Of a DNA stretch of 64,000 nucleotides, positions 30,591-41,438 are shown one piece after another. The translations under genes were made by a program, and so were the position numbers. Position 1 is the stretch's first letter; each line of letters opens with the position of its first letter. The notes under the pieces are model-generated. The model was not told the origin of the DNA. It saw nothing but the letters and a program-made list of their open reading frames with translations, and searched no databases. The stretch comes from Candidatus Dadabacteria bacterium (GTDB lineage Bacteria; Desulfobacterota_D; UBA1144; Nemesobacterales; JADFKM01), in assembly GCA_022564935.1 (NCBI GenBank), contig JADFKM010000002.1:2285-66284 (forward strand), given 5' to 3'.

Positions 30591-32888
30591 CTAGAATAAG
30601 TTTCCTACGGTAAACTGCACTTCGTATTTGTCCTCATTCAAAAGTCTCTTGCCGATAGGAAAACCGACTTCCAACCTCAGGGGACCGAATGGGGATACCC
30701 ATTTTATCCCGAACCCGAAATCTCTCCTCAGGTCGGAAGGATCTAAGCTAAAATCTTCACTATCGCTAAACACATTACCTGCGTCAAAAAACAAAACTCC
30801 CTTCAATCCAAACTTAGGCACCAGCGGGAATATGAAGTCGGCCTGAAATAAAATCTCCTGGGTGCCGCCTATTATGACAAAACCTCCATCGTCGGTAGGA
30901 ACCCTCGGACCTACCCTCCTGAATTCAAATCCCCTCAGGGAATCCGGTCCGCCGAGGAAGAATCTCTCGGAGATTACTAGATCATCGCCGGCATTTCGCA
31001 GGTCAATCAGCCCGTACCTGCCGGACACGGTAAAGACCGTTCCCAAAGGCAGTGGTATAAAATACCTGGTTAAAAAAGTATATCTTACAAAATCGGTGTC
31101 TCCACCAAAAACGCTTCCGGCAAACTCCACCAAACCCCTGGCTATTATACCTTTCGACGGATCTAAAACGTTATTTCTTGTATCCCAGACAAACCCTAAC
31201 CCCGCGCTGCTTATAGACCTATTAGATTCCTTTATTATCAGCCGGGCATCTCCAGTTACCTCGCCAATATCCACACGCTCAAACCTGTATGAGACCCTGG
31301 CTATGAGAAATCGCCAAATCCTCCGCCCGATAAGTAAGCTTCCTCCAAAGGCACTCCTCTCAAAATCCCTAAACTCTCTGTCGGTATTGAAAAATGTAGT
31401 CTCCAAAGTCCAGTCTGTATCCATGAAGTTCGGGTCCTGATAGTTGAGCAAAAACACCCTGGTTACGCCGCCTATTTGGGCTGAAAGGGAAAGCCTCTTC
31501 CCGTATCCTAAAAAATTAGACTCCTGAATCTGACCAGCAAAAATAAACGTTTCAACAGAGCTGAAACCCCCTGCGATGCTGAAAAAACCCGTAGACTTTT
31601 CCGCTACCCTCACCCTGATGTCAAGCTCATTCTCGGTGCCCTCAACCCGCTCCGTCTCAATCTCTATATTGTCTTCAAAAAACCCCAGCCTGAAGACACG
31701 CCGCTGAATTGCCTGAACTTTTGAGGAATGGAAAAGCTCTTGTTCTCCAATGGGAATCATCCTTCTTATTACCTTGTCTCTGGTTCGAGTATTCCCAACA
31801 ATATCGATTTTCCTTATCGTTACCTCAGGGCCTTTCTCAATGTAGAAGGTCACCGACACCGTGGAGCTGCTCTGATCCTTTTGGAATCTCGGGTCCACGT
31901 TTGCAAACGCGAACCCGCGGTTTCCGTAATACACGGTTAGAGCAGTAAGATCCGCAGACAATTTCGCACTGCTGAAATGTTCATCGCTCTCCAGGCTAAG
32001 CAGACCTTCCAAATCGTCTTTAAAGCCCATTATATCCCCGGAAAAATCGATGCGCTCAACCGAGTATCTATTATTTTCTTCAATCCTGAACGTTACGACA
32101 AATCCGTCTATGTCTTTATCATACTCGATCTCAGGCTTGCTTAACTTTACGTCTATATAACCCCTATCGAGATACTTGATCCTAATGCGGTCTGAGTCCC
32201 TTTCGATCTCTTCATGATTGTAAAGTCCCCGCTCAGTAAAATAAGAAAGGAACCACCGGGGTTTTGAATAAAGCCCCTTTTTAAGCTTCTTTGATTTGAT
32301 GGCGCTGTTTCCCACAAACCTAACCTTTTTTATAAAGGCCTTCTTGCCCTCTTTTATATCGAATATAACGCTTACCGTCCCTTCCCCCTTAGGCTCAATC
32401 TCCACGTCTACTTCAGTGCCTACGTACCCCTGCGTTGAATACAGCTTTTTTATTGCATCCAGGCTCTTGTTGACCTTAGCAAGCTCAATGATTCTCCCTT
32501 CCCTCAAGTTTATTACTTCTTCGATATCGTCATCATCTATCTTCTTAGCGCCTCTGATCCTTATGTCGACAACCACCGGTTTTTCACTGACCCTGTATAT
32601 TAGAATCAAGCCATCGGGTGTTCTCTCCACCTCGGCAGACACGTCCTCGAAGAAACCCAATTTGTAAATAGACTTTATGTCCTGCCTTACCATTTCGGCA
32701 GAGAGAGGCTCACCAACCTTCGAGCCGATCCGGCTTGCTATGACGCCTGCTTCAATCCTCCTGTTGCCGAAAATCTGAATAACTACGATATCCTGCTCCC
32801 CGGAAGCGAAGCTTGGGATAACAGCCGAAAGGATTAAGAGCCCAATTACAGATAACTTTATTCTCTTGGGTGCGAAATTAATTTTCAT
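30591..32888 (-). CDS. bamA: Outer membrane protein assembly factor BamA
   Basis: 765 aa. Signal peptide, repeated POTRA-like modules, and a C-terminal beta-barrel ending in ...FTVGNLF. Confidence 0.9.
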   Translation of the reverse strand: MKINFAPKRIKLSVIGLLILSAVIPSFASGEQDIVVIQIFGNRRIEAGVIASRIGSKVGEPLSAEMVRQDIKSIYKLGFFEDVSAEVERTPDGLILIYRVSEKPVVVDIRIRGAKKIDDDDIEEVINLREGRIIELAKVNKSLDAIKKLYSTQGYVGTEVDVEIEPKGEGTVSVIFDIKEGKKAFIKKVRFVGNSAIKSKKLKKGLYSKPRWFLSYFTERGLYNHEEIERDSDRIRIKYLDRGYIDVKLSKPEIEYDKDIDGFVVTFRIEENNRYSVERIDFSGDIMGFKDDLEGLLSLESDEHFSSAKLSADLTALTVYYGNRGFAFANVDPRFQKDQSSSTVSVTFYIEKGPEVTIRKIDIVGNTRTRDKVIRRMIPIGEQELFHSSKVQAIQRRVFRLGFFEDNIEIETERVEGTENELDIRVRVAEKSTGFFSIAGGFSSVETFIFAGQIQESNFLGYGKRLSLSAQIGGVTRVFLLNYQDPNFMDTDWTLETTFFNTDREFRDFERSAFGGSLLIGRRIWRFLIARVSYRFERVDIGEVTGDARLIIKESNRSISSAGLGFVWDTRNNVLDPSKGIIARGLVEFAGSVFGGDTDFVRYTFLTRYFIPLPLGTVFTVSGRYGLIDLRNAGDDLVISERFFLGGPDSLRGFEFRRVGPRVPTDDGGFVIIGGTQEILFQADFIFPLVPKFGLKGVLFFDAGNVFSDSEDFSLDPSDLRRDFGFGIKWVSPFGPLRLEVGFPIGKRLLNEDKYEVQFTVGNLF

Positions 32889-33561
32889 CTATGATTTTTC
32901 CATCCAATAGCCTGATTCTTCTATCAAGCCTGACGGCTATAGTAACGTCGTGCGATACCAGAACAATGGTAATTCCATACTCTTCGTTTAACTGTAAGAA
33001 AAGATCCATTATAGAGCTTCCCGTATCCTGATCAAGGTTGCCCGTGGGCTCATCGGCAAGAATAACTCTGGGTCTCAGAACGCAAGCCCTGGCGATTGCA
33101 ACTCTTTGCTGCTCCCCGCCTGAAAGCTCGCCCGGCCTGTGAGACAGTCTGGCGCCCAACCCGACACGCTCCAGCATACCCACAGCCGACTCCTCCATTT
33201 CCCTTCTTTCCATACCCCCTATCAGCCCCGGCATCAACACGTTCTCAAGGGCGCTGAATTCAGGAAGCAGGTAGTGGAACTGGAAAACGAAACCCAGCTC
33301 GCGGTTCCTGAAATACGCAAGCTCTTGATCTGTGCGCGCAAATATCTCTTCCCCATCGTAAATAACATCCCCCTCAGTCGGCCTGTCCAGAGTGCCTAAG
33401 ACATGGAGAAGAGTGCTCTTCCCAGAGCCGGACACTCCCATCACTCCAACCGTCTCTCCCCGCTTCACCTTCATCTCAATCCCGTTAAGAGCCGCCACCT
33501 TAGAGTCGTTAGTGTCATACACTTTGCGTAGGTTGCGTGTCTCGATAATGTACTCGCTCAT
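32878..33561 (-). CDS. lolD: Lipoprotein-releasing ABC transporter ATP-binding protein LolD
   Basis: Walker [10 protein letters not shown], signature LSGGEQQR, Walker B ILADEPT. Overlaps bamA by 11 nt and the permease gene by 4 nt. Confidence 0.85.
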   Translation of the reverse strand: MSEYIIETRNLRKVYDTNDSKVAALNGIEMKVKRGETVGVMGVSGSGKSTLLHVLGTLDRPTEGDVIYDGEEIFARTDQELAYFRNRELGFVFQFHYLLPEFSALENVLMPGLIGGMERREMEESAVGMLERVGLGARLSHRPGELSGGEQQRVAIARACVLRPRVILADEPTGNLDQDTGSSIMDLFLQLNEEYGITIVLVSHDVTIAVRLDRRIRLLDGKIIDEN

Positions 33562-34859
33562 TCGTACCTCAATGCTTCTACCGGATCCTTACGCGACGCC
33601 TGAAACGAAGGGTACAACGTTGCAAGAAAGCAAATGACTAAACTTGCCAAACCCACGTATATAAAATAAAGTGGCTCTATTTTAACAGGAAACTCAGAAA
33701 TTGGATAGACCCTGGGGTCAAACGGAATAAGTTGTTTTACAACATCGTACGTTGCTATAGCGTATAGCATTCCATAACCCACTATGCTCCCTAGAATTGT
33801 GCCCACAGAGCCTATGATCATTCCGTCTACCATAAATATCCTCATGATCCCGCCCTGGGTTGCTCCCATGGCGCGAAGAATCGAGATGTCCTTACCCTTT
33901 TCCATAACCACCATAGTGAGCGTGCTCACAATGTCCAGGGCGGCGACAAGAATGATGAGCCCAAGAAAAATCCCAATGGCTATTCTCTCAAGCCGCAGCG
34001 CCCTGAAAAGGCTCTTATTCACATCTTCCCAATTCCTGGAATAGAACGGATAGCCCAGGCTGCTCATAATGGCCTGGCCGATCTCGTAGGATTTATAGAT
34101 ATCGTGCACCTTAACCTCAACGCCTGTGGCTCTGTTCTCCATGCCGAAGAACTTTTTCGCGTCCAGCAGGGATACGTATGCCAGGGATGAATCATACTCG
34201 AACATGCCGTAATCGAAGCTCCCGACAACCTCAAATTTCTTAATCTTAGCCTGGAGACCCATCGGGCCCAGTTTTCCAAATGGGGATACAAGATCGACAA
34301 TACTGCCGATACCCACACCCAGGTTCGAGGCCAGCTCATGTCCGATTATTACCGGAGGGCGCCCGGACTGTGTCTCACCTCCCAATTTAAGAAGAATCTC
34401 CCTGCCGAGCTTTGCCAATACGGCATCATCAACTTTGCTTTCCCCAGTGAAGGTGCTTCCCTTTCCTATTGCCGTTTCAATATTAGTAACACTACCCGCA
34501 TTCACTGGGTCGATGCCCCTTACCACCGTTCCAACAACGGTAGTCTCGCCCACCAGCATCGCCTGGCCGTAGATAAAAGGGCTCACACCGGCGACGCCCG
34601 GGAACTTCTTTACCTTCTCTACAACATCGAGGTAGTTTTCCATAGCGCCGTCATAGCTCAACACCACGAGATGGGAGTTCACTCCGAGGATTGTCTCCTT
34701 TAACTCCTCCTCGAACCCCCTCATTACGGCCAGCACCACATTGAGGGCCATAACGCCTATAAACACACCCAGGATGGATATAAGGCCGATGATAGAGATG
34801 AACTTTTGCCTTCTCTTGGATCTCAGGTATCTAAGGCCTATGAAGAACTCATATTTCAT
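33558..34859 (-). CDS. Lipoprotein-releasing system permease, LolC/LolE family (FtsX/MacB-type)
   Basis: 433 aa. [20 protein letters not shown] start, a large periplasmic loop, and C-terminal FtsX-type TM helices. Confidence 0.85.
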   Translation of the reverse strand: MKYEFFIGLRYLRSKRRQKFISIIGLISILGVFIGVMALNVVLAVMRGFEEELKETILGVNSHLVVLSYDGAMENYLDVVEKVKKFPGVAGVSPFIYGQAMLVGETTVVGTVVRGIDPVNAGSVTNIETAIGKGSTFTGESKVDDAVLAKLGREILLKLGGETQSGRPPVIIGHELASNLGVGIGSIVDLVSPFGKLGPMGLQAKIKKFEVVGSFDYGMFEYDSSLAYVSLLDAKKFFGMENRATGVEVKVHDIYKSYEIGQAIMSSLGYPFYSRNWEDVNKSLFRALRLERIAIGIFLGLIILVAALDIVSTLTMVVMEKGKDISILRAMGATQGGIMRIFMVDGMIIGSVGTILGSIVGYGMLYAIATYDVVKQLIPFDPRVYPISEFPVKIEPLYFIYVGLASLVICFLATLYPSFQASRKDPVEALRYE

Positions 34860-36319
34860 TCCGGTCTTAAGTGAGGGAAAAACAGCACTTCCCTGATAGA
34901 CGGCACATTGGACAGTAGCATTACCAGCCGGTCAATGCCCACTCCGGCGCCGGCGGCTGGGGGCATCCCGTGCTCGAGCGCCGTGATAAAGTCCTCATCC
35001 ATCTCGTGCACTTCCTCCTCGCCCTTTGCCTTCATCTCTAGCTGTGCCATAAACCGAGCTCTTTGGTCAACCGGGTCGTTTAGCTCAGAAAAGGCGTTAG
35101 CGTACTCGCGTCCGTTTATAAACAGCTCGAAACGGTCTGTTAACTCCGGGTTCTCGGAGTTCCTGCGCGCCAGCGGGGATACGTCCAGGGGAAAACCGAA
35201 AACAAAGGTGGGGTTTACGATTTTATCTCCGAGTACACTCTCAAAAATCTCCACCAAGGCCTTTCCCCTTATCCCCAGGTGGTTAATTCCCAGTGAATCG
35301 GCTTTCTTGAAAAGCATATCTTCGCTATGAAGTACCTCGGCGCCAACGATCTCCTCCAAACTTGCCATAATGCTCACCCTCTCCCATGGAGGGTTCAGGT
35401 TTATTAGCGTTCCCTGGTATTCAAACTCGAGCGTACCCAGTATAGTTTCAGCCACATAACAAAACAACTCCTCTATCAGGCTCATCAGGTCTTCGTATGT
35501 AGCGTAGGCCTGGTAAAGCTCCATAATTGTGAATTCGGGGTTGTGCTGGTTCGACAGTCCCTCGTTCCTGAACGACCTGCCGATCTCGTAGACACGCTCA
35601 AACCCGCCCACAAGGAGCCTCTTCAGATACAGTTCGGGAGCAACCCGCAGGTAGAGCTCCATATCCAATGCGTTGTGATAGGTTTTAAACGGCTTTGCCG
35701 CCGCTCCGCCGGCTATCGGATGGAGGATGGGGGTTTCGACCTCGAAGAAGTCCCTGTTGTCTAAGAAGTGTCTTATCAGCTTGATTATCTTCTGTCTCCT
35801 GATGAACGTTTCCTTCACTTCGGGATTGGCAATCAAATCGAGGTAGCGCTGCCTGAACCTTATCTCGACGTCTTTGAGGCCGTGCCATTTTTCAGGCAGT
35901 GGGCGAATGGATTTTGTGAGAAGCTTAACAAATTTAATGTTTACGGTCAGCTCGCCTGTCTTGGTCTTAAAGAGGCTCCCCTTAATGCCGACAATATCCC
36001 CTATATCTATTATCTTCTTAAAAAAGTCGAGCTGCTCCGGGCCCGCTACATCCTTGCGCAAATATCCCTGAATCCTCCCCGACCCGTCGGTGATGTGCAA
36101 GAAAATGCTCTTGCCGAAATCTCTTATGGCAACAACGCGCCCGGCTAGCGCAAACTCATCTTTGAGCTCATCGAGCTGCTCCGGAGAGCTATCGCCGTGG
36201 GCCGAATTGAGCTGCGCAGTACTGTGAGAGGGCTTAAAGTCATTGGGAAAGGGATCTATTCCCCGCTCCGTCAGCTCGTCAATCTTTTTCTTACGCTGGT
36301 CTACTAAGTCGCTTTCCAT
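34856..36319 (-). CDS. lysS: Lysine--tRNA ligase (class II)
   Basis: 487 aa. N-terminal OB anticodon-binding domain and class II motifs (FRNEG, GxGxGxDR-like GVGIDRL). Confidence 0.95.
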   Translation of the reverse strand: MESDLVDQRKKKIDELTERGIDPFPNDFKPSHSTAQLNSAHGDSSPEQLDELKDEFALAGRVVAIRDFGKSIFLHITDGSGRIQGYLRKDVAGPEQLDFFKKIIDIGDIVGIKGSLFKTKTGELTVNIKFVKLLTKSIRPLPEKWHGLKDVEIRFRQRYLDLIANPEVKETFIRRQKIIKLIRHFLDNRDFFEVETPILHPIAGGAAAKPFKTYHNALDMELYLRVAPELYLKRLLVGGFERVYEIGRSFRNEGLSNQHNPEFTIMELYQAYATYEDLMSLIEELFCYVAETILGTLEFEYQGTLINLNPPWERVSIMASLEEIVGAEVLHSEDMLFKKADSLGINHLGIRGKALVEIFESVLGDKIVNPTFVFGFPLDVSPLARRNSENPELTDRFELFINGREYANAFSELNDPVDQRARFMAQLEMKAKGEEEVHEMDEDFITALEHGMPPAAGAGVGIDRLVMLLSNVPSIREVLFFPHLRPE

Positions 36320-36476
36320 ATTAGGGTATTCTTTCTACCTCAAAAGATTTTTTGCGTCAAGGGAACAGATACTCGCCCCGGACGCCTCAACCCTTGCGGC
36401 AATGCAGATTTCTCTGTTCTGTGAACCATCATCTTTGCAAAATAAAAGCGTATGGCACAAAGTCCCGACCTAGGGT

Positions 36477-37667
36477 CTAATTACCTAAAGCAGCGTTAAA
36501 ATCGGCTCTCTCCCTCCCGAACAATCCGAAAAGCGCAAATCCGAAAAGGCAAACCATCCCTGCAAGTATATACATTAACATGTACCCCCAATACTCCGCC
36601 ACATAACCGTAAGCGAAAGAGCCGAACATACCACCCACGCTGAATGACATGCTGCATATTGAAAAAGCCTTTCCCCTTTCCCCTTCCTCCGCAAGATCGA
36701 TTACAAGGGCGTACACTGAAGGATATGCAAGACCGTGGCTGATGCCGAACAAGACCCCGAGGGGAATAAACTCTATCGTTCTCGTTACCAACCCCAGCCC
36801 GATTATGCTGAGCGCAAATAAAAGCATCGAGGGAACGGCCGCCCTCTTCTTCCCGAACCTGTCGGGAATCCACCCTCCAAATACCCTCACAGCAAGCACA
36901 GCGCAGGTGTAAGAGATAAAGAATACATCGAACCTGTCGAGACCGATATCGACGGAATAGACGGGAAGGAAATTGAGGGCAGGGATGAAACCCGAGCCGG
37001 AAATAAGCAGCGCGGCTGCGGCTATCCCCACACCGCGTCTTCCGAGCGTGCCGAGAATGGTTCCTTCAGTTCCCCCGAACTTGCTCAAACTGGGCTCGTT
37101 TACAAAAGCCGCGATAATGAAAGAGAGCAAGCCGAAGGCGAAAACAAAGAGGAAAAAGCCCTCAAATCCCACCGCCTGAATCAACATATTACCCACAAAT
37201 GGGGCAAGGGCGTAATTCACAATCGTAAAAGCGCCGAAAATACCAAGCGCCTGGCTCCTTTTCGAAGCGGGCGTAAGGTCTGCGGTAAGCACCCCGGCTG
37301 AAACGAAGCAAAGCGAGAACGCTGCGCCGTGGGCCACCCTGAGCAAGGGGAAAAATGGGTACAATTCTGTCATATATGCGAACGGAAGGGTGGTAAGCGC
37401 CATCACAAGTCCCCCAATGGCCAGGAACCAACGCCTGCCTACCCTGTCCACAAGCACCCCAACCGCAAGGGTCGAAAACAGGGTGCTGAGCCACATAATC
37501 CCAGTAATAAACCCAATATCGGACTCAGTTCCCCCAAGCTCTTTTATACGCAGGGGCAGAAGGAGAAAAGAATGGAAATTGAAAAAGAAGAAAAATACAG
37601 AAATGATTACGAGGACGAACGGGAGGTTTAATAGTGATTTAGGCGCTCGGGCGCTTTCAGTCATCAA
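36477..37667 (-). CDS. MFS transporter
   Basis: 396 aa, about 12 hydrophobic helices. VDRVGRR in the loop 2-3 position is the MFS signature. Confidence 0.8.
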   Translation of the reverse strand: MMTESARAPKSLLNLPFVLVIISVFFFFFNFHSFLLLPLRIKELGGTESDIGFITGIMWLSTLFSTLAVGVLVDRVGRRWFLAIGGLVMALTTLPFAYMTELYPFFPLLRVAHGAAFSLCFVSAGVLTADLTPASKRSQALGIFGAFTIVNYALAPFVGNMLIQAVGFEGFFLFVFAFGLLSFIIAAFVNEPSLSKFGGTEGTILGTLGRRGVGIAAAALLISGSGFIPALNFLPVYSVDIGLDRFDVFFISYTCAVLAVRVFGGWIPDRFGKKRAAVPSMLLFALSIIGLGLVTRTIEFIPLGVLFGISHGLAYPSVYALVIDLAEEGERGKAFSICSMSFSVGGMFGSFAYGYVAEYWGYMLMYILAGMVCLFGFALFGLFGRERADFNAALGN

Positions 37668-37822
37668 TCCTTGCTTTCTCCCCGGTCAAATCTTGGAAAA
37701 TCGGAGATAAATATAACTCTCTAACATAGACATAAGTAAATCTCTTATCGGCCATAAAAGGGCTTAGTGTTTCCTCAAGCGCAGGTATAATCTTCAGCCT
37801 GCTTTTTCTCCGGTTTCACAGA

Positions 37823-38284
37823 ATGGGTCATGGTGCCAAATTTTTTCCTGTAAGGGGACACGATTTGACCGACAGATTTAATTCACTTTTAAAAGAAAAA
37901 CTTCTTGCCTACAGGAGCAACGTGCTGATAGACGCTTTGCTATTCATTATTACGCTTGGATTTTACAGCTTCATCTGGCAGCGAAGGAAAATCGGTTTTG
38001 TAAACACCCTGCGCACCGAAGAAGAATTTACCTGCTCGAAATGGATAAACCTCACATTACAAACCTGCGGGGTCTACCATTTTTACCACCAAATCACCAT
38101 CGGCAGGACTATTCGACAAATCCTACGAATGCACGGAATAAACGGCACAGAAGAAAGCTCATCCGTCCTAGACTGGGTAATGTGTATAATTAGCGCCGGG
38201 CTGATTAACGATATAATTCACCAAAGAGACATAAATGTATTAGTTGAGAAACCCTCAAGGGAAATTGAGCCTAAACCCGACTAA
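37823..38284 (+). CDS. Hypothetical small membrane protein (possibly DUF4234-like)
   Basis: 153 aa. Two similar hydrophobic motifs, ITLGFYSFIWQRRK and LQTCGVYHFYHQ. Its stop overlaps the convergent pyrC' stop by 4 nt. A TATAAT lies at 37786-37791. Coding status is plausible but unverified. Confidence 0.45.
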   Translation: MGHGAKFFPVRGHDLTDRFNSLLKEKLLAYRSNVLIDALLFIITLGFYSFIWQRRKIGFVNTLRTEEEFTCSKWINLTLQTCGVYHFYHQITIGRTIRQILRMHGINGTEESSSVLDWVMCIISAGLINDIIHQRDINVLVEKPSREIEPKPD

Positions 38285-39567
38285 ACCGAATAGACCACTT
38301 CACCCCCCACAATCGTCCAAAGCACACGCCCGGTGAGCTCGGCGCCGTGGAAGGGGGTGTTCTTACCCTTGGATAAGAACGTAGCTCTGTCTACGGTAAC
38401 GAGCTCGTGCTCATCGAATATTACCACATCGGCCGTGGCTCCGACTCTTATAGAGCCCTTAGGGATGCCCAAGACTTGGGCGGGCTTGACGGTGAACTTT
38501 TCTATCATCTCGGGCAACGTCAAAACCCCGTCTCTCACCAGTTGAAGAGATACCTGTAAGGCGGTTTCAAGTGCGGATATACCGAACGGCGCAAGGTCAA
38601 ACTCCACCTTGATTTCATCTTCGGTGTGGGGGGAATGGCTGGTCGCAATCACATCGATAGTCCCGTCACGCAAACCCTCCTTCAGCGCAACAACATCAGC
38701 CTCGGTTCTAAGAGGCGGACTTACCTTCGCCATAGTGTCATATCCGATGACCGCCTGCTCAGTGAGACCGAAGTGATGGGGAGCGGCTTCAGCAGTTATA
38801 TTGCACCCCCTTTGCTTTGCCTCCCTGATGAGTCTCACTGCCCCTTTTGTGGAAACGTGGGAGATATGGAGCCTTGCTCCGGCGAGCTCGGCAAGGGAAA
38901 TGTTCCGTGAAACCATAACCTCTTCTGAGGCCGAGGGCACCCCCTTGAGTCCCAGCATAGTCGAGATATATCCTTCGTTTGCCACGCCTCCAGTGGCCAA
39001 GTCCACATCCTGACAATCTGTAATTACGGGAATATCAAACGCCTTTGTATATTCCATAGCAAGGCGCATTACGCGCGAGTCCATCACGGGGTATTGAGCA
39101 TCCGTAACTCCGACGCAGCCGGCTTCTCTCATCTCCCCAATCTCAGCAATGTAGGCTCCCTCAAGGCCCTTGGTGATGGCGCCTATCGGCAGTACGTTCA
39201 CTACGGCCTCTGTCCTTGCCTTGAAGAGTATGTATTCGGTAACCGAGGCGTTATCGTTTACCGGAACGGTACTGGGCATGCACACAACGGTCGTGAAACC
39301 CCCGGCGGCCGCGGCCATGCTGCCGGTGCGCATAGTCTCTTTATGCTCGTACCCCGGCTCACCGAGGTTGGTGTGCATATCGATGAACCCAGGCGCCACA
39401 ACTTTGCCAGCGGCATCGATGACCCGGGTCTCTGCGTCCTTTTCAATCGTTTTAGTCCTCTCGGGGTAGGAATGGATTATTCCGTCATCGATCAGGATAT
39501 TCCCCCTGCGATTGACTCCCGAGGAAGGGTCGACTATATTGCCCCCTTTAATAAGAATCCTCATCAC
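38281..39567 (-). CDS. Dihydroorotase-like protein with degenerate active site (PyrC'-type, probably non-catalytic)
   Basis: 428 aa with full-length DHOase similarity, but IDMHTNLGEPG replaces the HxH..R motif, ITDCQD replaces AHCED, and IATSHSPH replaces ATDHAPH. Overlaps pyrB by 4 nt. Confidence 0.85.
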   Translation of the reverse strand: MMRILIKGGNIVDPSSGVNRRGNILIDDGIIHSYPERTKTIEKDAETRVIDAAGKVVAPGFIDMHTNLGEPGYEHKETMRTGSMAAAAGGFTTVVCMPSTVPVNDNASVTEYILFKARTEAVVNVLPIGAITKGLEGAYIAEIGEMREAGCVGVTDAQYPVMDSRVMRLAMEYTKAFDIPVITDCQDVDLATGGVANEGYISTMLGLKGVPSASEEVMVSRNISLAELAGARLHISHVSTKGAVRLIREAKQRGCNITAEAAPHHFGLTEQAVIGYDTMAKVSPPLRTEADVVALKEGLRDGTIDVIATSHSPHTEDEIKVEFDLAPFGISALETALQVSLQLVRDGVLTLPEMIEKFTVKPAQVLGIPKGSIRVGATADVVIFDEHELVTVDRATFLSKGKNTPFHGAELTGRVLWTIVGGEVVYSV

Positions 39568-40496
39568 GACAGACTCCCGGTGGATACTACGTACAGCATG
39601 GCCATTCTTACGGCAATGCCGTTAGCGACCTGATCCAAAATAACCGATTGATTAGCATCCGCCACTTCACTAGAGAGCTCAACGCCTCTGTTGATAGGCC
39701 CGGGGTGCATTACCAGAACATCTCCGTCCGTCAGCTTTAACCTCTCTTGAGTAAGACCGTAAAACTTCGAATACTCCCTCAAGGAGGGGAACATCCCTCC
39801 CTCCTGACGCTCACGCTGGATCCTCAACATCATTACCACATCGACTCCATCTAGGGCCTCATCGAGGTTGTAAAACACCTTCACGCCAAAGTCCTCAACA
39901 TACGACGGGATCATTGTGGGAGGCCCGGCCACCCTGACCTCCGCCCCAAGCTTCAAGAACCCCCAGATATTCGAGCCCGCAACGCGGCTGTGCAAGATGT
40001 CCCCTACAATGAGTACCTTAAGTCCCCTTATATCTCCCTTTATTTCCCTGACGGTAAACAGGTCCAGAAGCGCCTGGCTTGGGTGCTCATGCGACCCGTC
40101 TCCAGCGTTAATAATGGATGAGTTCAGCTCCCTGGCCAGAACCCACGGCGCCCCGGACATAGAGTGCCTTATCACAATAACGCTCGCTCCCATGGCCACG
40201 AGGTTTCTCGAGGTGTCAAGAAGGGTCTCGCCTTTTACAATGCTGCTCTGGCTAAGAGAGAAATTAAGCACATCGGCGCTAAGCCTCTTCTCCGCAATCT
40301 CGAACGAAGAGCGCGTCCTTGTGCTCGGCTCGAAGAACAGGTTCACAACCGTGGCGCCCCTAAGCACGGGAACCTTCTTCACGTCCCTTGTGGAAACCTC
40401 TTTCATCGACTCGGATGTGTCTAGAATATGGGTGATCTCTTCGGAAGACATATCTTTGAGTCCGAGAATATGTGCCTTTTTAAACACGAGACTCAC
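39564..40496 (-). CDS. pyrB: Aspartate carbamoyltransferase catalytic subunit
   Basis: The STRTR, HEHPSQ, SRV and HPGP motifs are all intact. 310 aa. Confidence 0.95.
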   Translation of the reverse strand: MSLVFKKAHILGLKDMSSEEITHILDTSESMKEVSTRDVKKVPVLRGATVVNLFFEPSTRTRSSFEIAEKRLSADVLNFSLSQSSIVKGETLLDTSRNLVAMGASVIVIRHSMSGAPWVLARELNSSIINAGDGSHEHPSQALLDLFTVREIKGDIRGLKVLIVGDILHSRVAGSNIWGFLKLGAEVRVAGPPTMIPSYVEDFGVKVFYNLDEALDGVDVVMMLRIQRERQEGGMFPSLREYSKFYGLTQERLKLTDGDVLVMHPGPINRGVELSSEVADANQSVILDQVANGIAVRMAMLYVVSTGSLS

Positions 40497-41026
40497 TCTC
40501 CATGAACGATGACTTCATCCCTCCCATCAAGCTCCTCAAGCAGCACTTTTACGGTTTGGGCTGCAGATGTGTCAACGGTCGCTCCCACGTAGTCGGCATG
40601 TATAGGCAGCTCTCTGAGACCCCTGTCTATGAGCACGGCAAGCTGAATGGAGTCCGGTCTTCCGTAGTCCATTATCGCCTCCATTGCAGCACGAGCCGTT
40701 CTGCCGGTATATAGGACGTCGTCAACGAGAACCACGGTTTTGTTATCCACGTTAAAAGGAATATTAGTTCTCTTAACCTCGGGCCACTGGGATTTTCTCC
40801 TCAGATCATCTCTGTACAGGGTGATGTCCACAACTCCTATCAGCGGTTTTTCTTTTGCCGTATGTTTTATACCGACGGCGATTCTTTCGGCTATGTGAAC
40901 CCCCCTAGTCCTTACGCCTATAATTCTTAAGTCCTCAACCTGAGAGTTTCTGGCAACAATCTCACACGCGATCCTCGTGACAGCTTCCTTTATGAGCTCA
41001 GGTCCCATGACGGTTTTTGTACACAT
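40493..41026 (-). CDS. pyrR: PyrR (pyrimidine operon regulator / uracil phosphoribosyltransferase)
   Basis: 177 aa. PRPP loop VVLVDDVLYTGRTARAA. Overlaps pyrB by 4 nt. Confidence 0.9.
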   Translation of the reverse strand: MCTKTVMGPELIKEAVTRIACEIVARNSQVEDLRIIGVRTRGVHIAERIAVGIKHTAKEKPLIGVVDITLYRDDLRRKSQWPEVKRTNIPFNVDNKTVVLVDDVLYTGRTARAAMEAIMDYGRPDSIQLAVLIDRGLRELPIHADYVGATVDTSAAQTVKVLLEELDGRDEVIVHGE

Positions 41027-41035
41027 ACCTAAAAG

Positions 41036-41395
41036 CTACCTGCCTCTATCATAAACGCTCGATCGCTCCCCCTCGCATTCTTCCTGGAAGTAGAAGTCCT
41101 TTTGATACTTTCCGTAAAAATCTGCCGTATCGAAATATATGATCGTCCCATACACCTTAGAGCCGGACACCCGAACGTAAATCTCCCTTTTCTCTCTGGG
41201 TACGTTAAGGGTATCGAGCCTGTCGTTCATTTCCGTTTGAACATAAGTTGCACCATATTTTTTGTACAGATCAACCGCCCCTTTGCAGGTTCCGGGAAGA
41301 GCTATGTAGCCTTTATACATAATCGGCACCGTTTTAAGCCCCACTATTAACACGACTATCAATACAAGGATTCCTGCTGCTGTTTTAAAGCTCAA
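41036..41395 (-). CDS. Hypothetical protein with N-terminal membrane anchor
   Basis: 119 aa. MSFKTAAGILVLIVVLIVGL is a TM segment, followed by a soluble domain. Tightly packed between lepB and pyrR, with a 9-nt gap to pyrR. Confidence 0.55.
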   Translation of the reverse strand: MSFKTAAGILVLIVVLIVGLKTVPIMYKGYIALPGTCKGAVDLYKKYGATYVQTEMNDRLDTLNVPREKREIYVRVSGSKVYGTIIYFDTADFYGKYQKDFYFQEECEGERSSVYDRGR

Positions 41396-41438
41396 CTTCT
41401 GCCTCCCTTATAAATTGATCTTACATAAAGCATAAACA

